From an uncultured Gammaproteobacteria bacterium (GTDB lineage Bacteria; Patescibacteriota; Microgenomatia; Levybacterales; UBA12049): DNA of 64,000 bases. A model generated the notes under the pieces. The model had not been told where the DNA came from and searched no databases. It saw only the letters and a program-made list of their open reading frames with translations. The stretch covers positions 377,316 to 441,315 of the forward strand of contig OZ246394.1 of the NCBI GenBank assembly GCA_965230895.1, in the 5' to 3' direction. Below, piece after piece: positions 18,249-27,803 of this stretch. Made by a program: the position numbers and the translations under genes. The stretch's first letter is position 1; every line of letters begins with the position of its first letter.

Positions 18249-18959
18249 ATGAGAGAATTTGAGATTAGACAAGCAATTATTACACCAGAGAAAACGGATC
18301 GTCCACAGTTTCTCTTTCTGGGTGCGCATACTGATGACGATGCAATGATGAAGCTCACTGCTGTGCTGGATGAGGAAGGCTTTGGTTTAACTATCGGCAC
18401 AATGACGAACAGTGCTAACTATGATGAAGATCTCATTGATACTCGCTGGGATGAAGCATTACGTTCAGGAAGGGTTGGCGGCATCACAGCAGTTCATAGA
18501 ATGGAAGCTGAGGATGGATCATTAAGAAATTATAAAGATTCAGGTATTTGGTTTGCGGGAAATTTAATTGACGATATCGAACCGGTCGCAATTATTACTC
18601 CTCATTCTCTGGATCCTCATTCCGATCATGAAGCCGCATTTCAGATTGGAAAAGCTGTTGCTGGAGATAGAACTCCTCACTACACTACAGATACTATTTA
18701 CGGTGTAGGAAAAGATGGATCGATATTGGTCCCAGATTTATATATCCCTCTTTCTTCGAGGAAAGCAGCTTTTGAGACCGCTATTTATGAAGCAAATACA
18801 AGTCAAATGGTTGACTCACAAGATGTACGAGAGGTTAAGAGAATGACTCGAAGAAGAGGTAGTGAAGTCGGAATTGATCATGCAGCTGTAATATTTGAAG
18901 CAAGAGTTAAAACAAATCCATTACGAGAAATCTTTCAGGGCACATTGGCCAAAAGATAA
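18249..18959 (+). CDS. PIG-L/LmbE-family N-acetylglucosaminyl deacetylase
   Basis: …LFLGAHTDDDAMM… (metal-binding HxDD) and …PHSLDPHSDHEAA… (HxDH) signatures. Confidence 0.7.
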   Translation: MREFEIRQAIITPEKTDRPQFLFLGAHTDDDAMMKLTAVLDEEGFGLTIGTMTNSANYDEDLIDTRWDEALRSGRVGGITAVHRMEAEDGSLRNYKDSGIWFAGNLIDDIEPVAIITPHSLDPHSDHEAAFQIGKAVAGDRTPHYTTDTIYGVGKDGSILVPDLYIPLSSRKAAFETAIYEANTSQMVDSQDVREVKRMTRRRGSEVGIDHAAVIFEARVKTNPLREIFQGTLAKR

Positions 18960-18961
18960 AT

Positions 18962-19486
18962 TTAGAAAACTTCTGGATGGAGAAATCTTCCAAGGGCGCA
19001 AAAAACAGCATCTTGATATGCATCAGTTCTTGTAATTGCATCGTTTGTCATAAGTCCGAAATGACCATTGGCATGTTTGGAATTACTTTTCTTGAAAACA
19101 ATATCGTTGGCATGTCCCATTTCTACTCCGCTTAAAATAATTTCCAGAAGTTTTGGTGGAACAACCATTTTAATGCTTGAGCCTTTCCCGACGATACCAT
19201 CGTTGCTTACGACCACTGCCCAGCCACTTGTGAACCACTCATTGCCAATTCTCTGCATTCCACCTTCAATACCGACACCATAATCTGCATCAAGTTTTTT
19301 AAGAGCTCTTTTAGCTCTATTTGTAGATCCACGAATACTTTGCTTGTCACTCATTGGTTGATCCGGGACCCCAGAAGGCACAGAAACACCTTCAACTTCC
19401 CACTTGGTATCAGGAAATACTTTTTCGAATGCTAATTTGACTGCATTAATTTTTGTAGGATTGAGGGAGCCGACTGCGACCTTCAT
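18962..19486 (-). CDS. Inosine/xanthosine triphosphatase-like protein (YjjX / DUF84 family); start at MKVAVGS…
   Basis: N-terminal MKVAVGSLNPTKINAVKLAF… and …GVPDQPMSDKQSIRGSTNRAKRA…, characteristic of YjjX-like non-canonical NTPases. Confidence 0.55.
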   Translation of the reverse strand: MKVAVGSLNPTKINAVKLAFEKVFPDTKWEVEGVSVPSGVPDQPMSDKQSIRGSTNRAKRALKKLDADYGVGIEGGMQRIGNEWFTSGWAVVVSNDGIVGKGSSIKMVVPPKLLEIILSGVEMGHANDIVFKKSNSKHANGHFGLMTNDAITRTDAYQDAVFCALGRFLHPEVF

Positions 19487-19490
19487 GAAG

Positions 19491-20141
19491 TTATTTAGCA
19501 AGAGCTGCGTCGATCTTTTCTTTAAATTCGTTGTATGGAAGACCACCTTCTTGTTTAACGCCGTTAATGTAGAAGGTCGGTGTAGAATTTACTCCAACGG
19601 CATATCCATCGTTCACATCTTTTTCGATCTTCTTTGCATATTTCTTTCCTTCGACATCAGCTTTGAACTTTGCTTCATCAAGCTTTAATTCTTTTGCATA
19701 TTGAGAAAACTGTTCCATTGGATTTGAGCTATTTTCCCATTCCTTTTGATTTGAAAATAAGAGATTATGCATTTCGAAGAACTTACCTTGAGCACCAGCT
19801 GCTTCAGCCGCTTCCGCTGCTGTTTGTGCGTTCTTATGCATTGGTAATGGGAAGTTTCGGAAAACAAATGTAACTTTTCCTTGGTATTCTCGAAGTATTT
19901 GAGCAACTACTGGATGAGCAGCACCACAAGCTGGACATTGGAAATCACCGAATTCAACGATAGTAACTTTTGCATTTTTTTCACCTTCGACATGACTATC
20001 TGAACGAATTAATGCTTCAGTATTTGCGATTGGAGCGGCATCTTCAGAAGGACTTTTACCACCAACAAGAACTGATGCGCCGATGACAATGGCGATTGTA
20101 GCGATACTAATTCCGATAAGTACTTTTGCTTCGTTAGACAT
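19491..20141 (-). CDS. DsbA-like thiol:disulfide oxidoreductase (thioredoxin fold) with an N-terminal membrane anchor
   Basis: TM VLIGISIATIAIVIGASVLV; active site FGDFQCPACGAAHP (CPAC). Confidence 0.75.
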   Translation of the reverse strand: MSNEAKVLIGISIATIAIVIGASVLVGGKSPSEDAAPIANTEALIRSDSHVEGEKNAKVTIVEFGDFQCPACGAAHPVVAQILREYQGKVTFVFRNFPLPMHKNAQTAAEAAEAAGAQGKFFEMHNLLFSNQKEWENSSNPMEQFSQYAKELKLDEAKFKADVEGKKYAKKIEKDVNDGYAVGVNSTPTFYINGVKQEGGLPYNEFKEKIDAALAK

Positions 20142-20217
20142 ATTCTTGTAAAATCTCCTTTATATTATCACAACTATTGCAATAAGTGCAAAGACCAACT
20201 TTCTTACAGTCAAGGCG

Positions 20218-20481
20218 CTATTTTACTTTTGTCAGCAACTTATAAATGTTATACATTCCTCCGACAAATCCAGCTATACCTCCGATGATAAGAAAAATAT
20301 ACCCAGTGTTAAAAACTTTATCGAGAAAGAACCCAATTCCCATTAAGATTAGTACCGGCGTGACAAGAAGAATTGCAGTACTTATGCCGACTAAGGTGAA
20401 ATAAACAACTTTTGATTTCTTTTGCGTTTTTTGTTCCATACCGTAAGTGTAATTAATTTCAATTAGGGAAACTAGTATCAA
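20218..20481 (-). CDS. Small 2-TM membrane protein (AtpZ/AtpI-like?)
   Basis: Two hydrophobic helices; 4-bp overlap with the upstream gene. Confidence 0.35.
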   Translation of the reverse strand: MILVSLIEINYTYGMEQKTQKKSKVVYFTLVGISTAILLVTPVLILMGIGFFLDKVFNTGYIFLIIGGIAGFVGGMYNIYKLLTKVK

Positions 20482-21758
20482 TACAGGACCCGAAATCGAA
20501 TGGTATGTGGAATTCGTTTAAGAACTGAAAGAACTTTTCTATCATATTTTTTATCGACATCAATAATTACATAACCAATTTCGGTATTCGTTTTTAGATA
20601 TTGTCCGAGGATATTAATCTTATGTTCTGATAAGACATTATTAATCTGTGCCAACATACCCGGAGTATTTTCATGGATATGTAATAGCCGATGCGAGTGT
20701 TTATATTGCGCTAATGAAAGGTTTGGAATATTTGTTGATTGTGACGTGCTGCCCGTATTGATGTACGCAATTATGTTTCGAGCGATACTTTTTTTATGAA
20801 AAACCGCAATCCCTTTCGCCTGCAACGTGCTATTTAAAACAGGTTTCGTGTCTTCGTAGAATCCTATTGCTAGTGCTTTATGTATCTTTGTTAAAAGGTT
20901 CTCACTTTTTTTGTCCGTCAATAAAATAGAAGCATTTTCGGAATCAGACGCTTTGAGAAATTGGTACCCTTCATTCTTTAGTAACTCCAAATCAGCTTTT
21001 GGAACAGTTGTATTTACTACGACTGTAATTCTATTCTTTGGATAAGAAAAAGATCTTGGTAATTTATTCACAAATAAAAACTCATCAAAATTTGGAACTA
21101 TGTAATCAGCATTTTTCACCACATTGTCGCGAATAATGTTTTCCGTGAATGCAATAAACTTTTTTGCGAAACCAAGCTTCTTCAATTCATAATCAGTATA
21201 GCCATCACCGATTATATAAAGATCATTCGCGAGTTTTAGTGAACGGACAACTTTTACTTTCCCTTGATCGCGACTCATGAGATTCTTTGTATCAATTCCT
21301 ATAACAGCTCCTTTGTCATTATATGTAAATGTATTTGCAAAAATATGTTTTGGAGGAATGCCAAAGGATTTTACAACTGGCTGGATAAGTTCATGGAATC
21401 CACCCGAAATAATATAGATTTGATTTTTATGTTCTTGAAAGAACGCTTTATTACGTTGTATTGATGGTGAAATATGTTTTTTAAGTATTTGAGCAGCTTG
21501 TTTAATGAGCTGTCTGTTTGTCTGAAGAAGCGCTACTCTTTCTCGTAAACTTTCTGCAAAAGAAATTTTTCCTTCCATTCCCTGCTGTGTAAGATATTTA
21601 ATTTGATTAACTATACTTTCCTTGTCAGAATGCTTTTCCAAAGATAATTCTGCTAAAACATCAAGTCCTTCACTTTGTATGAAGGTGCTATCAAAATCGA
21701 TAAGATATCGGGTAGGTTTTGTAGATTGCATAGCGATAGTATACTCTTCTTCGAACAA
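20478..21758 (-). CDS. HAD-family phosphatase (phosphoserine-phosphatase-like) fused to a C-terminal ACT-like regulatory domain
   Basis: Motif I YLIDFDSTFI (DxDxT); motif IV …YIIGDGYTDYE…; C-terminal βαββαβ-like …MLAQINNVLSEHKINILGQYL…IGYVIIDVD…. Confidence 0.55.
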   Translation of the reverse strand: MFEEEYTIAMQSTKPTRYLIDFDSTFIQSEGLDVLAELSLEKHSDKESIVNQIKYLTQQGMEGKISFAESLRERVALLQTNRQLIKQAAQILKKHISPSIQRNKAFFQEHKNQIYIISGGFHELIQPVVKSFGIPPKHIFANTFTYNDKGAVIGIDTKNLMSRDQGKVKVVRSLKLANDLYIIGDGYTDYELKKLGFAKKFIAFTENIIRDNVVKNADYIVPNFDEFLFVNKLPRSFSYPKNRITVVVNTTVPKADLELLKNEGYQFLKASDSENASILLTDKKSENLLTKIHKALAIGFYEDTKPVLNSTLQAKGIAVFHKKSIARNIIAYINTGSTSQSTNIPNLSLAQYKHSHRLLHIHENTPGMLAQINNVLSEHKINILGQYLKTNTEIGYVIIDVDKKYDRKVLSVLKRIPHTIRFRVLY

Positions 21759-21884
21759 AATTGTAGGAAAATTTTGAGCTCAATTGAGGCTATTTTTTGA
21801 TTCATTTTGTATATCTTTGATTAAGTTTAGTCCTTGACAGCGCTTTTCTGCTTTGATAATATCCAGTCAATTGCTGCCCGCTAA

Positions 21885-22550
21885 TTGAACAAAATTATGG
21901 CAGACTTTTCATCACAATCAACTTTCAACCAACCATCTTCGTTTTCGAATAATTCGAACTTCAACAACAGTAAGAAATCAAAAAAGTTTTTCAGTAGTAA
22001 GTATATGCCTTTTATCGTCGTTATCGCGGTAGTCGGACTTATTGGTATTTTTGCAGTGAACAATGCAATGCAGAGCAACGCATCAGCTCCATCAGTTCTT
22101 TCAGCAAACAAAAAAGTCGATATTGAAAAGCCAGTTGCACAACAAACATTAAACAGAAGTTTCAGTTTCCCTTTGCGTGATGCAGCAGGAAAAGAAGTCA
22201 GTCAATTAAAATATGAAATCCAAAATGCTGAGTTGCGAGATGAAATTGTTGTCAAAGGACAAAGAGCTACAGCGGTTCAAGGAAGAACGTTTCTTATTCT
22301 TAATTTAAAGATAACAAATAATTATGACAAATCAATCCAATTAAATTCAAAAGATTATGTTCGATTGATCGTTGGAAGTTCACCTGAGCAACTTGCAGCA
22401 GATATTCATAATGACCCAGTCGATGTTCAAGCTATCTCCACAAAATATACTCGTCTCGGATTCCCCATCAATGATGACGAGAAGTCATTAACTATCCAGG
22501 TTGGTGAAATAACTGGAAAGAAAGAACTTATCAAATTAGATCTTAAGTAA
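21885..22550 (+). CDS. Membrane-anchored DUF4352-like β-sandwich protein
   Basis: Asn/Ser-rich N-terminus, TM MPFIVVIAVVGLIGIFAV, then …GRTFLILNLKITNNYDKSIQLNSKDYVRLI… typical of DUF4352. Confidence 0.45.
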   Translation: MNKIMADFSSQSTFNQPSSFSNNSNFNNSKKSKKFFSSKYMPFIVVIAVVGLIGIFAVNNAMQSNASAPSVLSANKKVDIEKPVAQQTLNRSFSFPLRDAAGKEVSQLKYEIQNAELRDEIVVKGQRATAVQGRTFLILNLKITNNYDKSIQLNSKDYVRLIVGSSPEQLAADIHNDPVDVQAISTKYTRLGFPINDDEKSLTIQVGEITGKKELIKLDLK

Positions 22551-22600
22551 ATTCGTCACCGCGAGCAAAGCGTGGCGATCTTATAGAAGACGCCAAATAT

Positions 22601-22783
22601 ATGAGAGATTATTCATCCAAACAAGTAAGTACCCAACTCCTCGAAGAAATTGTTGACGCGTTAAAAAACATCCGCGGTTGGGGTAGTGTTGAGATTTTTG
22701 TCCAAGATCATAAAGTAGTTCAAATCGTTGAAAGAAATATTAAGAAGACAAATAATTTAGCGCAAAATTCAGTAAAGCAATAA
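22601..22783 (+). CDS. YezD-like small protein (DUF2292)
   Basis: 60 aa; …NIRGWGSVEIFVQDHKVVQIVERNIKK… resembles the YezD core. Confidence 0.4.
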   Translation: MRDYSSKQVSTQLLEEIVDALKNIRGWGSVEIFVQDHKVVQIVERNIKKTNNLAQNSVKQ

Positions 22784-23288
22784 CCTCTTCTATATTGATC
22801 TTAATTTGAGTTCAATTTCTCGCGTTCACAAAATATGCTCTATTTCATCAATTTAGCCTCAAAATTTTAGGGTATTGACAAGGTTAGGACGGGTAAGATA
22901 TAGTTAGATCTGTTACAGGGTTACACGGGTTACGTAAAGATTTAATCAGACGCTGACCGCACACGGAGGCATCTATTCGTTATTAGGCTTATTCGCTTAA
23001 TAAGGAATAGGTGTCTTTTTTTGTACGAAATTTTAGTGAATCTGGTTACGTAAAATAAGTAATCATTTATAAGGGTTTGTTACAAAATACCATGAGAAAG
23101 AACTATTCATTAGTAAATTTTGCTGTACGATCAAATGAATCATACCGTTTGGAAACAACGGAGATGCTTGTATCTAAGTAGTTAGGTGCAAACATTTCCG
23201 TTTTTTTGGTCTTAGGGCTCAATCAGGCGGATGAAGTGCTCCGAATAATATCGGAGATCATTTATCAGGAAAGGAGGTGACAATATAT

Positions 23289-24536
23289 ATGACATACACA
23301 AAACGTATTACAACAGCTATCGCAACGGGCGCAGTCTTAGTCAATGCTTTAGCACCTGTCGCATTCGCGCAGGAAATAACTGTTAGTGGAAATGGTGCAT
23401 TCTCAGATAGTGCAGTTAACGTTTCTAACAACAGTAGTACATCAGTTAACCAGTCAAATAATGCAAATGTTGTTAACAAAGTTTCATCAAACGCAAACTC
23501 AGGTGGTAACTCTTCAAAGTTCAACACAGGAGGTTCAACAAACATTACAACTGGTAAAGCCGTAACAGACACAACAGTAAGTAATTCACTTAACATGAAC
23601 AGTGCAAGTGTTTCTGACTGTGGTGCATGCACAGGTGGAGCTGATGTTAAAGTTCAAGGTAACGGAGCCTATTCTGACAATGGTGTCAGTCTTAACAATA
23701 ATAAATCCGTAAGTTTGAACCAAAACAATAATGCAAACGTCAAAAATTTCATTGAATCAAATGCAAATTCAGGAAAGAACGATTCAAAGTTCAATACTGG
23801 TGGCGATAACAGCATTAAAACTGGATTAGCAGGATCAGTCGTTAACGTTACAACAAAAGCAAATGCAAATGTTGCAACAATCGGCGGCGGTAATGGTAGT
23901 CTCGGTGGTTCAAGTGTTGTCATCGGAGGCCCTAGTGCAACTGATGGTAACGGAGCATTCAGTGATAATGGTGTAGCTTTGAATGGAAATTCAGCAGTTG
24001 TTCTTTCACAAGACAACTCAGCTAGTATCAAAAATATCGTTGATGCGAACTCCAACTCAGGTAAAAACGACTCAAAGTTCAATACTGCTGGCGACAACAG
24101 TATTGTAGCTGGAGATGCAGTAACTGATGTTGCAGTAGATAATGCTGCAAACTTCAATTTTGCATCAGTCGATTGTGACTGTGTACTTGGAGAAGATGTA
24201 GCGGTAACAATCGAAGGTAATGGTGCTAAATCTCTTAACGAGATTGGAGCTTCATTAAACCACGCATTGGTAAACGCTCAAGATAATAATGCTCATCTTT
24301 GGAATGAGGTAGACGGAAATGCTAAATCTGGTCACAACGACTCAGCATTTGGTACAGGTGGAGATAACGATGTTACTGCAGGTGGGTCTTACTCAACTAC
24401 AGCCGTTAACAACGCTGGAAACGCTAACTTCTTCAACAATGGAGCAAGTATGCATCTTCCAGGAAATTGGGAAATGAATGTAGATTTTGATCTATCAGAT
24501 CTATTATCAAGTCTCAATCACTGGTTAGTAGCGTAA
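23289..24536 (+). CDS. Secreted Asn-rich repeat protein A (4 × ~80-aa repeats; predicted β-solenoid-like); RBS AGGAGGTG 23273-23279, start ATG 23289
   Basis: Signal peptide …AIATGAVLVNALAPVAFAQE; repeat GNGA(F/Y)SDN-V-LN-N-SV-L-Q-NNANV-N-V-SNANSG-N-SKFNTGGDNSI-TG-AVTD four times. Confidence 0.7.
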   Translation: MTYTKRITTAIATGAVLVNALAPVAFAQEITVSGNGAFSDSAVNVSNNSSTSVNQSNNANVVNKVSSNANSGGNSSKFNTGGSTNITTGKAVTDTTVSNSLNMNSASVSDCGACTGGADVKVQGNGAYSDNGVSLNNNKSVSLNQNNNANVKNFIESNANSGKNDSKFNTGGDNSIKTGLAGSVVNVTTKANANVATIGGGNGSLGGSSVVIGGPSATDGNGAFSDNGVALNGNSAVVLSQDNSASIKNIVDANSNSGKNDSKFNTAGDNSIVAGDAVTDVAVDNAANFNFASVDCDCVLGEDVAVTIEGNGAKSLNEIGASLNHALVNAQDNNAHLWNEVDGNAKSGHNDSAFGTGGDNDVTAGGSYSTTAVNNAGNANFFNNGASMHLPGNWEMNVDFDLSDLLSSLNHWLVA

Positions 24537-24623
24537 TCTTTGATTGGTAGTGGTGTCTTACTGGCACTTCGGTAAGGCACCCTACCTCAGAGTTTAAAAG
24601 AATAAGAAAAAAAAGATACTAAT

Positions 24624-26873
24624 ATGAAACAAATACTTAAAAAAACACTAGCAATAACTATGATGGCAATCGTGATGTTCGTACAAACGACACCAGTAAT
24701 TGTCCATGCTGAAGATGCTGTAACACCAACAGCGGTTCCTTCACCAACGCAACAACCTGAGCCAACTCAACAGGCGACTCCAACAAGTACACCGCAAACA
24801 ACGGTTGCTCCATCACCTACTGCAAAACCATTGACACCAGAAGAGCAAAAAGCAAAAGAACGTGATGAGCGAGAAAAGCAAAGAAAAGCAGCTGAAGAAG
24901 CTTGGGTAGCAAATTATAATGCAAATAAAAATAAGACTCAAAATAGCCAGGGTTCAGGGACTGGATCAACTTCAAACGGAAATAATGGAAGTACTGCAAT
25001 TAACACAGGCAATGCTACCAATAATAGTGCAACTGTCACGAACGGAAATACAAATGCAGCGGCAAATGGTTCCGGTGCAGTGGTCGGAACAAGTCCGACT
25101 GGAGCAACAATCGCAAACACAAATAATGGTGCAGGTTCTTTAAACAATGGTTCATCAGCTGCTGTTTCAAACAATACTACAAACCAAAACAATAGTGCTT
25201 CAGTAATAAATGAAGCGACGCAATCAGCAACAACTGGGGACAATCAAGCGTCTTTCAATAATGGAGATACAAAAATAAAAACAGGTAATGCTAACGTTTC
25301 AGGAACAGCGATTACTGCAGTAAATACCAATGTCGATGGAGTCATGGTTTCGGAATTTAACTTCGCTGATGATCACAAAGGCGACTTCGTCCTCACCCAA
25401 GAAGCATTTAACCAGAATTGCACAATGGGATGTGGTGGCTACCCTGCAAACGTCGCAAATACTGGCAATGGTGCAGATTCGACAAACACTGCAAGTAATT
25501 CTTCACAAGCAAATAACAATTTGAATCAAACCAATAACGCAAATGTTGGAAATAACATGACACTCACAGCAAACACTGGAAATAATGATGCAAGCATGAA
25601 TACTGGTGGCAATTCCTCAATCGAAACAGGTGACGCAAATATCAACGCGAATGCACTCACCTTTGCCAACAATAATATTAGTGGCAACGTGAACTTCGGA
25701 GTCGTAAATATCTACGGAAACTTTGAAGGAGACATCATACTCCCTGAATTCTCAAGCGGACCAGTAAGCGGTACAACAGTAGCAAACACAAATAATGGCG
25801 CGGGTTCTGATAATACAGTCCTTTCCGATAGTAGTACAAACGGGAATACGTTCCAAGGAAATAATGTGACTATTAATAATGATTTGGTCTTGAATGGAAC
25901 AACTGGAAATAATAACGCGGACTACAATACAGGCGGAAATTCAAATATCACAACTGGAAACACAAATGTAGATGCAAATGTGCTCAATATTGCGAACACA
26001 AATATAACTGGCGGTAACTATTGGTTGGTATTCGTAAACCAAGCTGGTAATTGGATAGGAAAATTGATCGGTGCTCCAGATGGAAGTACTATGGCAGCGT
26101 CAACTGGAATGGAATTATCTTACGGACCAGACGGACAGGTAGTTGCGACCAATAATGGCGTTTCCAACACAGGAAATGGTGCTATGTCCAATAATGCTGC
26201 AAGCAATTCATCTCAGACAAGTAATAATACCAACCAAACGAACAATGGCGTGATTAACAATACTATGAATTTGAATGCAAATACAGGCGGAAACAGTACT
26301 AATTTCAATACGGGTGGAAACAATTCGATCCAAACTGGAGATGCAAATATCATCGCGACCATGGTCAACTTTGTAAACAATAACATTGTTGGCAATGGTA
26401 AATTAAATGTTGTCTTCGTTAACTTGTTCGAAGGTGCAAAATGGACTGGTGACTTTGTACTCCCTGGCCAACAACAGCGACCAAAGACAACACCTACACC
26501 AGTTCCGAACCAAGGCTCAATTGCAGCAAACAGTGATTCTAAAAATACACAATCTGGAAGTACCGTTTCAAATGAAAAGACTACAGATCAGACCAAAGTT
26601 GTTGTAGATCCGAAAACTGGTTCAACAGCAATCACGAAATCAACAACATTCTCAGGATCAAAAGTTTCAAGTAAGAGTATCGAAAATAATTCAGAAACAA
26701 AAGTAGCGGGCGCACAGGCTACAAATGAAAACTTGCTAGTAAAAGCTATGCAAGGAGACGAAGTAAGTAAGAAAAAACTATCACTTAACTTAGCATGGTT
26801 TTTAGTTGCTCTTCCAGTCTTTGGATTCCTGCTCTTCGGCAAGAAACTTATTGCCAAAAGGTTTGCAAAATAA
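24624..26873 (+). CDS. Secreted Asn-rich repeat protein B (paralog of A) with a Pro/Thr linker, 3 larger repeats and a C-terminal TM + Lys-rich tail
   Basis: Signal peptide; PT-rich linker; repeats …NTGGNSSIETGDANI…ILPEFS, …NTGGNSNITTGNTNV…, …NTGGNNSIQTGDANI…FVLPGQ; C-terminus …LAWFLVALPVFGFLLFGKKLIAKRFAK. Confidence 0.7.
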   Translation: MKQILKKTLAITMMAIVMFVQTTPVIVHAEDAVTPTAVPSPTQQPEPTQQATPTSTPQTTVAPSPTAKPLTPEEQKAKERDEREKQRKAAEEAWVANYNANKNKTQNSQGSGTGSTSNGNNGSTAINTGNATNNSATVTNGNTNAAANGSGAVVGTSPTGATIANTNNGAGSLNNGSSAAVSNNTTNQNNSASVINEATQSATTGDNQASFNNGDTKIKTGNANVSGTAITAVNTNVDGVMVSEFNFADDHKGDFVLTQEAFNQNCTMGCGGYPANVANTGNGADSTNTASNSSQANNNLNQTNNANVGNNMTLTANTGNNDASMNTGGNSSIETGDANINANALTFANNNISGNVNFGVVNIYGNFEGDIILPEFSSGPVSGTTVANTNNGAGSDNTVLSDSSTNGNTFQGNNVTINNDLVLNGTTGNNNADYNTGGNSNITTGNTNVDANVLNIANTNITGGNYWLVFVNQAGNWIGKLIGAPDGSTMAASTGMELSYGPDGQVVATNNGVSNTGNGAMSNNAASNSSQTSNNTNQTNNGVINNTMNLNANTGGNSTNFNTGGNNSIQTGDANIIATMVNFVNNNIVGNGKLNVVFVNLFEGAKWTGDFVLPGQQQRPKTTPTPVPNQGSIAANSDSKNTQSGSTVSNEKTTDQTKVVVDPKTGSTAITKSTTFSGSKVSSKSIENNSETKVAGAQATNENLLVKAMQGDEVSKKKLSLNLAWFLVALPVFGFLLFGKKLIAKRFAK

Positions 26874-26924
26874 TCTTTTCACTGCCTCTGTAAGTTGCTA
26901 CCAATTACTCATATATGAATCATC

Positions 26925-27746
26925 ATGATTAAAAAAATATATACACTAACATTCTTCATTTCTTCAACATTATTGTTGACTCTTTTTTTTGCGCCTCTTG
27001 CGAGTGCTCAAGAGAATGAAACAAAGCCTATTCAACCATTATTCGCAGGTACAATTGCTACGTTCGAGAAGATATCTCCTTCAAATACTCCAATACAAAC
27101 AGATCCCGTAACAGCACCAGTTCTTGCTATGAACGAAGTGGGTTCTTATCATATAACAACTCCAGCCATTCAGATAGAACCTACTAAGCCCGCTACAGTG
27201 CAAGTATCGACAGACAAGGCTACGCAAAGCGCAAATGTGAACGTTCTAGAAAAGAGTACAAATATAGATATTTCTACTGACCCAGCAATAGATAATGCAA
27301 CCTCTCTAAAAATTGAAACCACTGAAAGCACCAGTAATTTTATAAATACAAACGATACAAGTATTGTTGAATCGGCAACGAAGGATAATAAAAGCTTGAA
27401 CTATACTGAAGGGTTTACAAACACATCAAATCAAATTCATAATCTTGAATTTATAACAGCACCTGTTTATTATTCTTCCGATTGCGCTTGTAACCGCGAA
27501 GATAGTCCCCCATTTCCATATGACAATTCTTCTCCCCTCCATACGCAATCAGCACTATTGAACATAAGTGGTCCAACAATTGTGCCTGTTGTTGGAGACA
27601 TTGTTGCGGCTGTCTTATTCCCAACCGAACCAATCAATGTTAACTTCCTTGTTCTAGCGCTCTTTGGAAATATAATGATGCTTTTACTTCGCTCGTACTT
27701 AAGACTGCGATCCGGGCGATCTCCAGCATACAGATTACCCTTGTAA
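26925..27746 (+). CDS. Secreted hypothetical protein with a C-terminal hydrophobic segment + Arg-rich tail
   Basis: Signal peptide …LTLFFAPLASAQE; C-terminus …PTEPINVNFLVLALFGNIMMLLLRSYLRLRSGRSPAYRLPL. Confidence 0.5.
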   Translation: MIKKIYTLTFFISSTLLLTLFFAPLASAQENETKPIQPLFAGTIATFEKISPSNTPIQTDPVTAPVLAMNEVGSYHITTPAIQIEPTKPATVQVSTDKATQSANVNVLEKSTNIDISTDPAIDNATSLKIETTESTSNFINTNDTSIVESATKDNKSLNYTEGFTNTSNQIHNLEFITAPVYYSSDCACNREDSPPFPYDNSSPLHTQSALLNISGPTIVPVVGDIVAAVLFPTEPINVNFLVLALFGNIMMLLLRSYLRLRSGRSPAYRLPL

Positions 27747-27803
27747 CAAACCCTCTCCTTCAGACTTTACTATCCTTTCACAAACATTGTATAATCAATC
27801 TTT

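Noticed and set aside
18126-18400. Minus-strand ORFs 18126-18329 and 18194-18400
   Set aside because: They overlap the terminator hairpins (18172-18237) and the 5' end of the well-supported PIG-L deacetylase gene. Their translations are Lys/Arg-rich junk.
22875-22903. Candidate promoter TTGACA-N17-ATATAG in the 22.8-23.3 kb spacer
   Set aside because: The -35 is perfect but no acceptable -10 hexamer sits at 16-18 bp. I keep it only as a remark inside the spacer finding, not as a feature.
23258-24157. Antisense ORFs 23258-23632 (124 aa) and 23669-24157 (162 aa) opposite repeat-protein gene A
   Set aside because: They are artefacts of the Asn-codon-rich (AAY/GTT) repetitive sense strand. Their translations are low-complexity Leu/Phe/Val strings, and the sense ORF has a signal peptide, a strong RBS and paralog support.
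24817-26857. Antisense or out-of-frame ORFs inside repeat-protein gene B (24817-24999, 24919-25143, 24938-25243, 26213-26395, 26588-26857)
   Set aside because: These have the same cause as above: overlapping frames of a compositionally biased gene, with no motifs or independent start signals.
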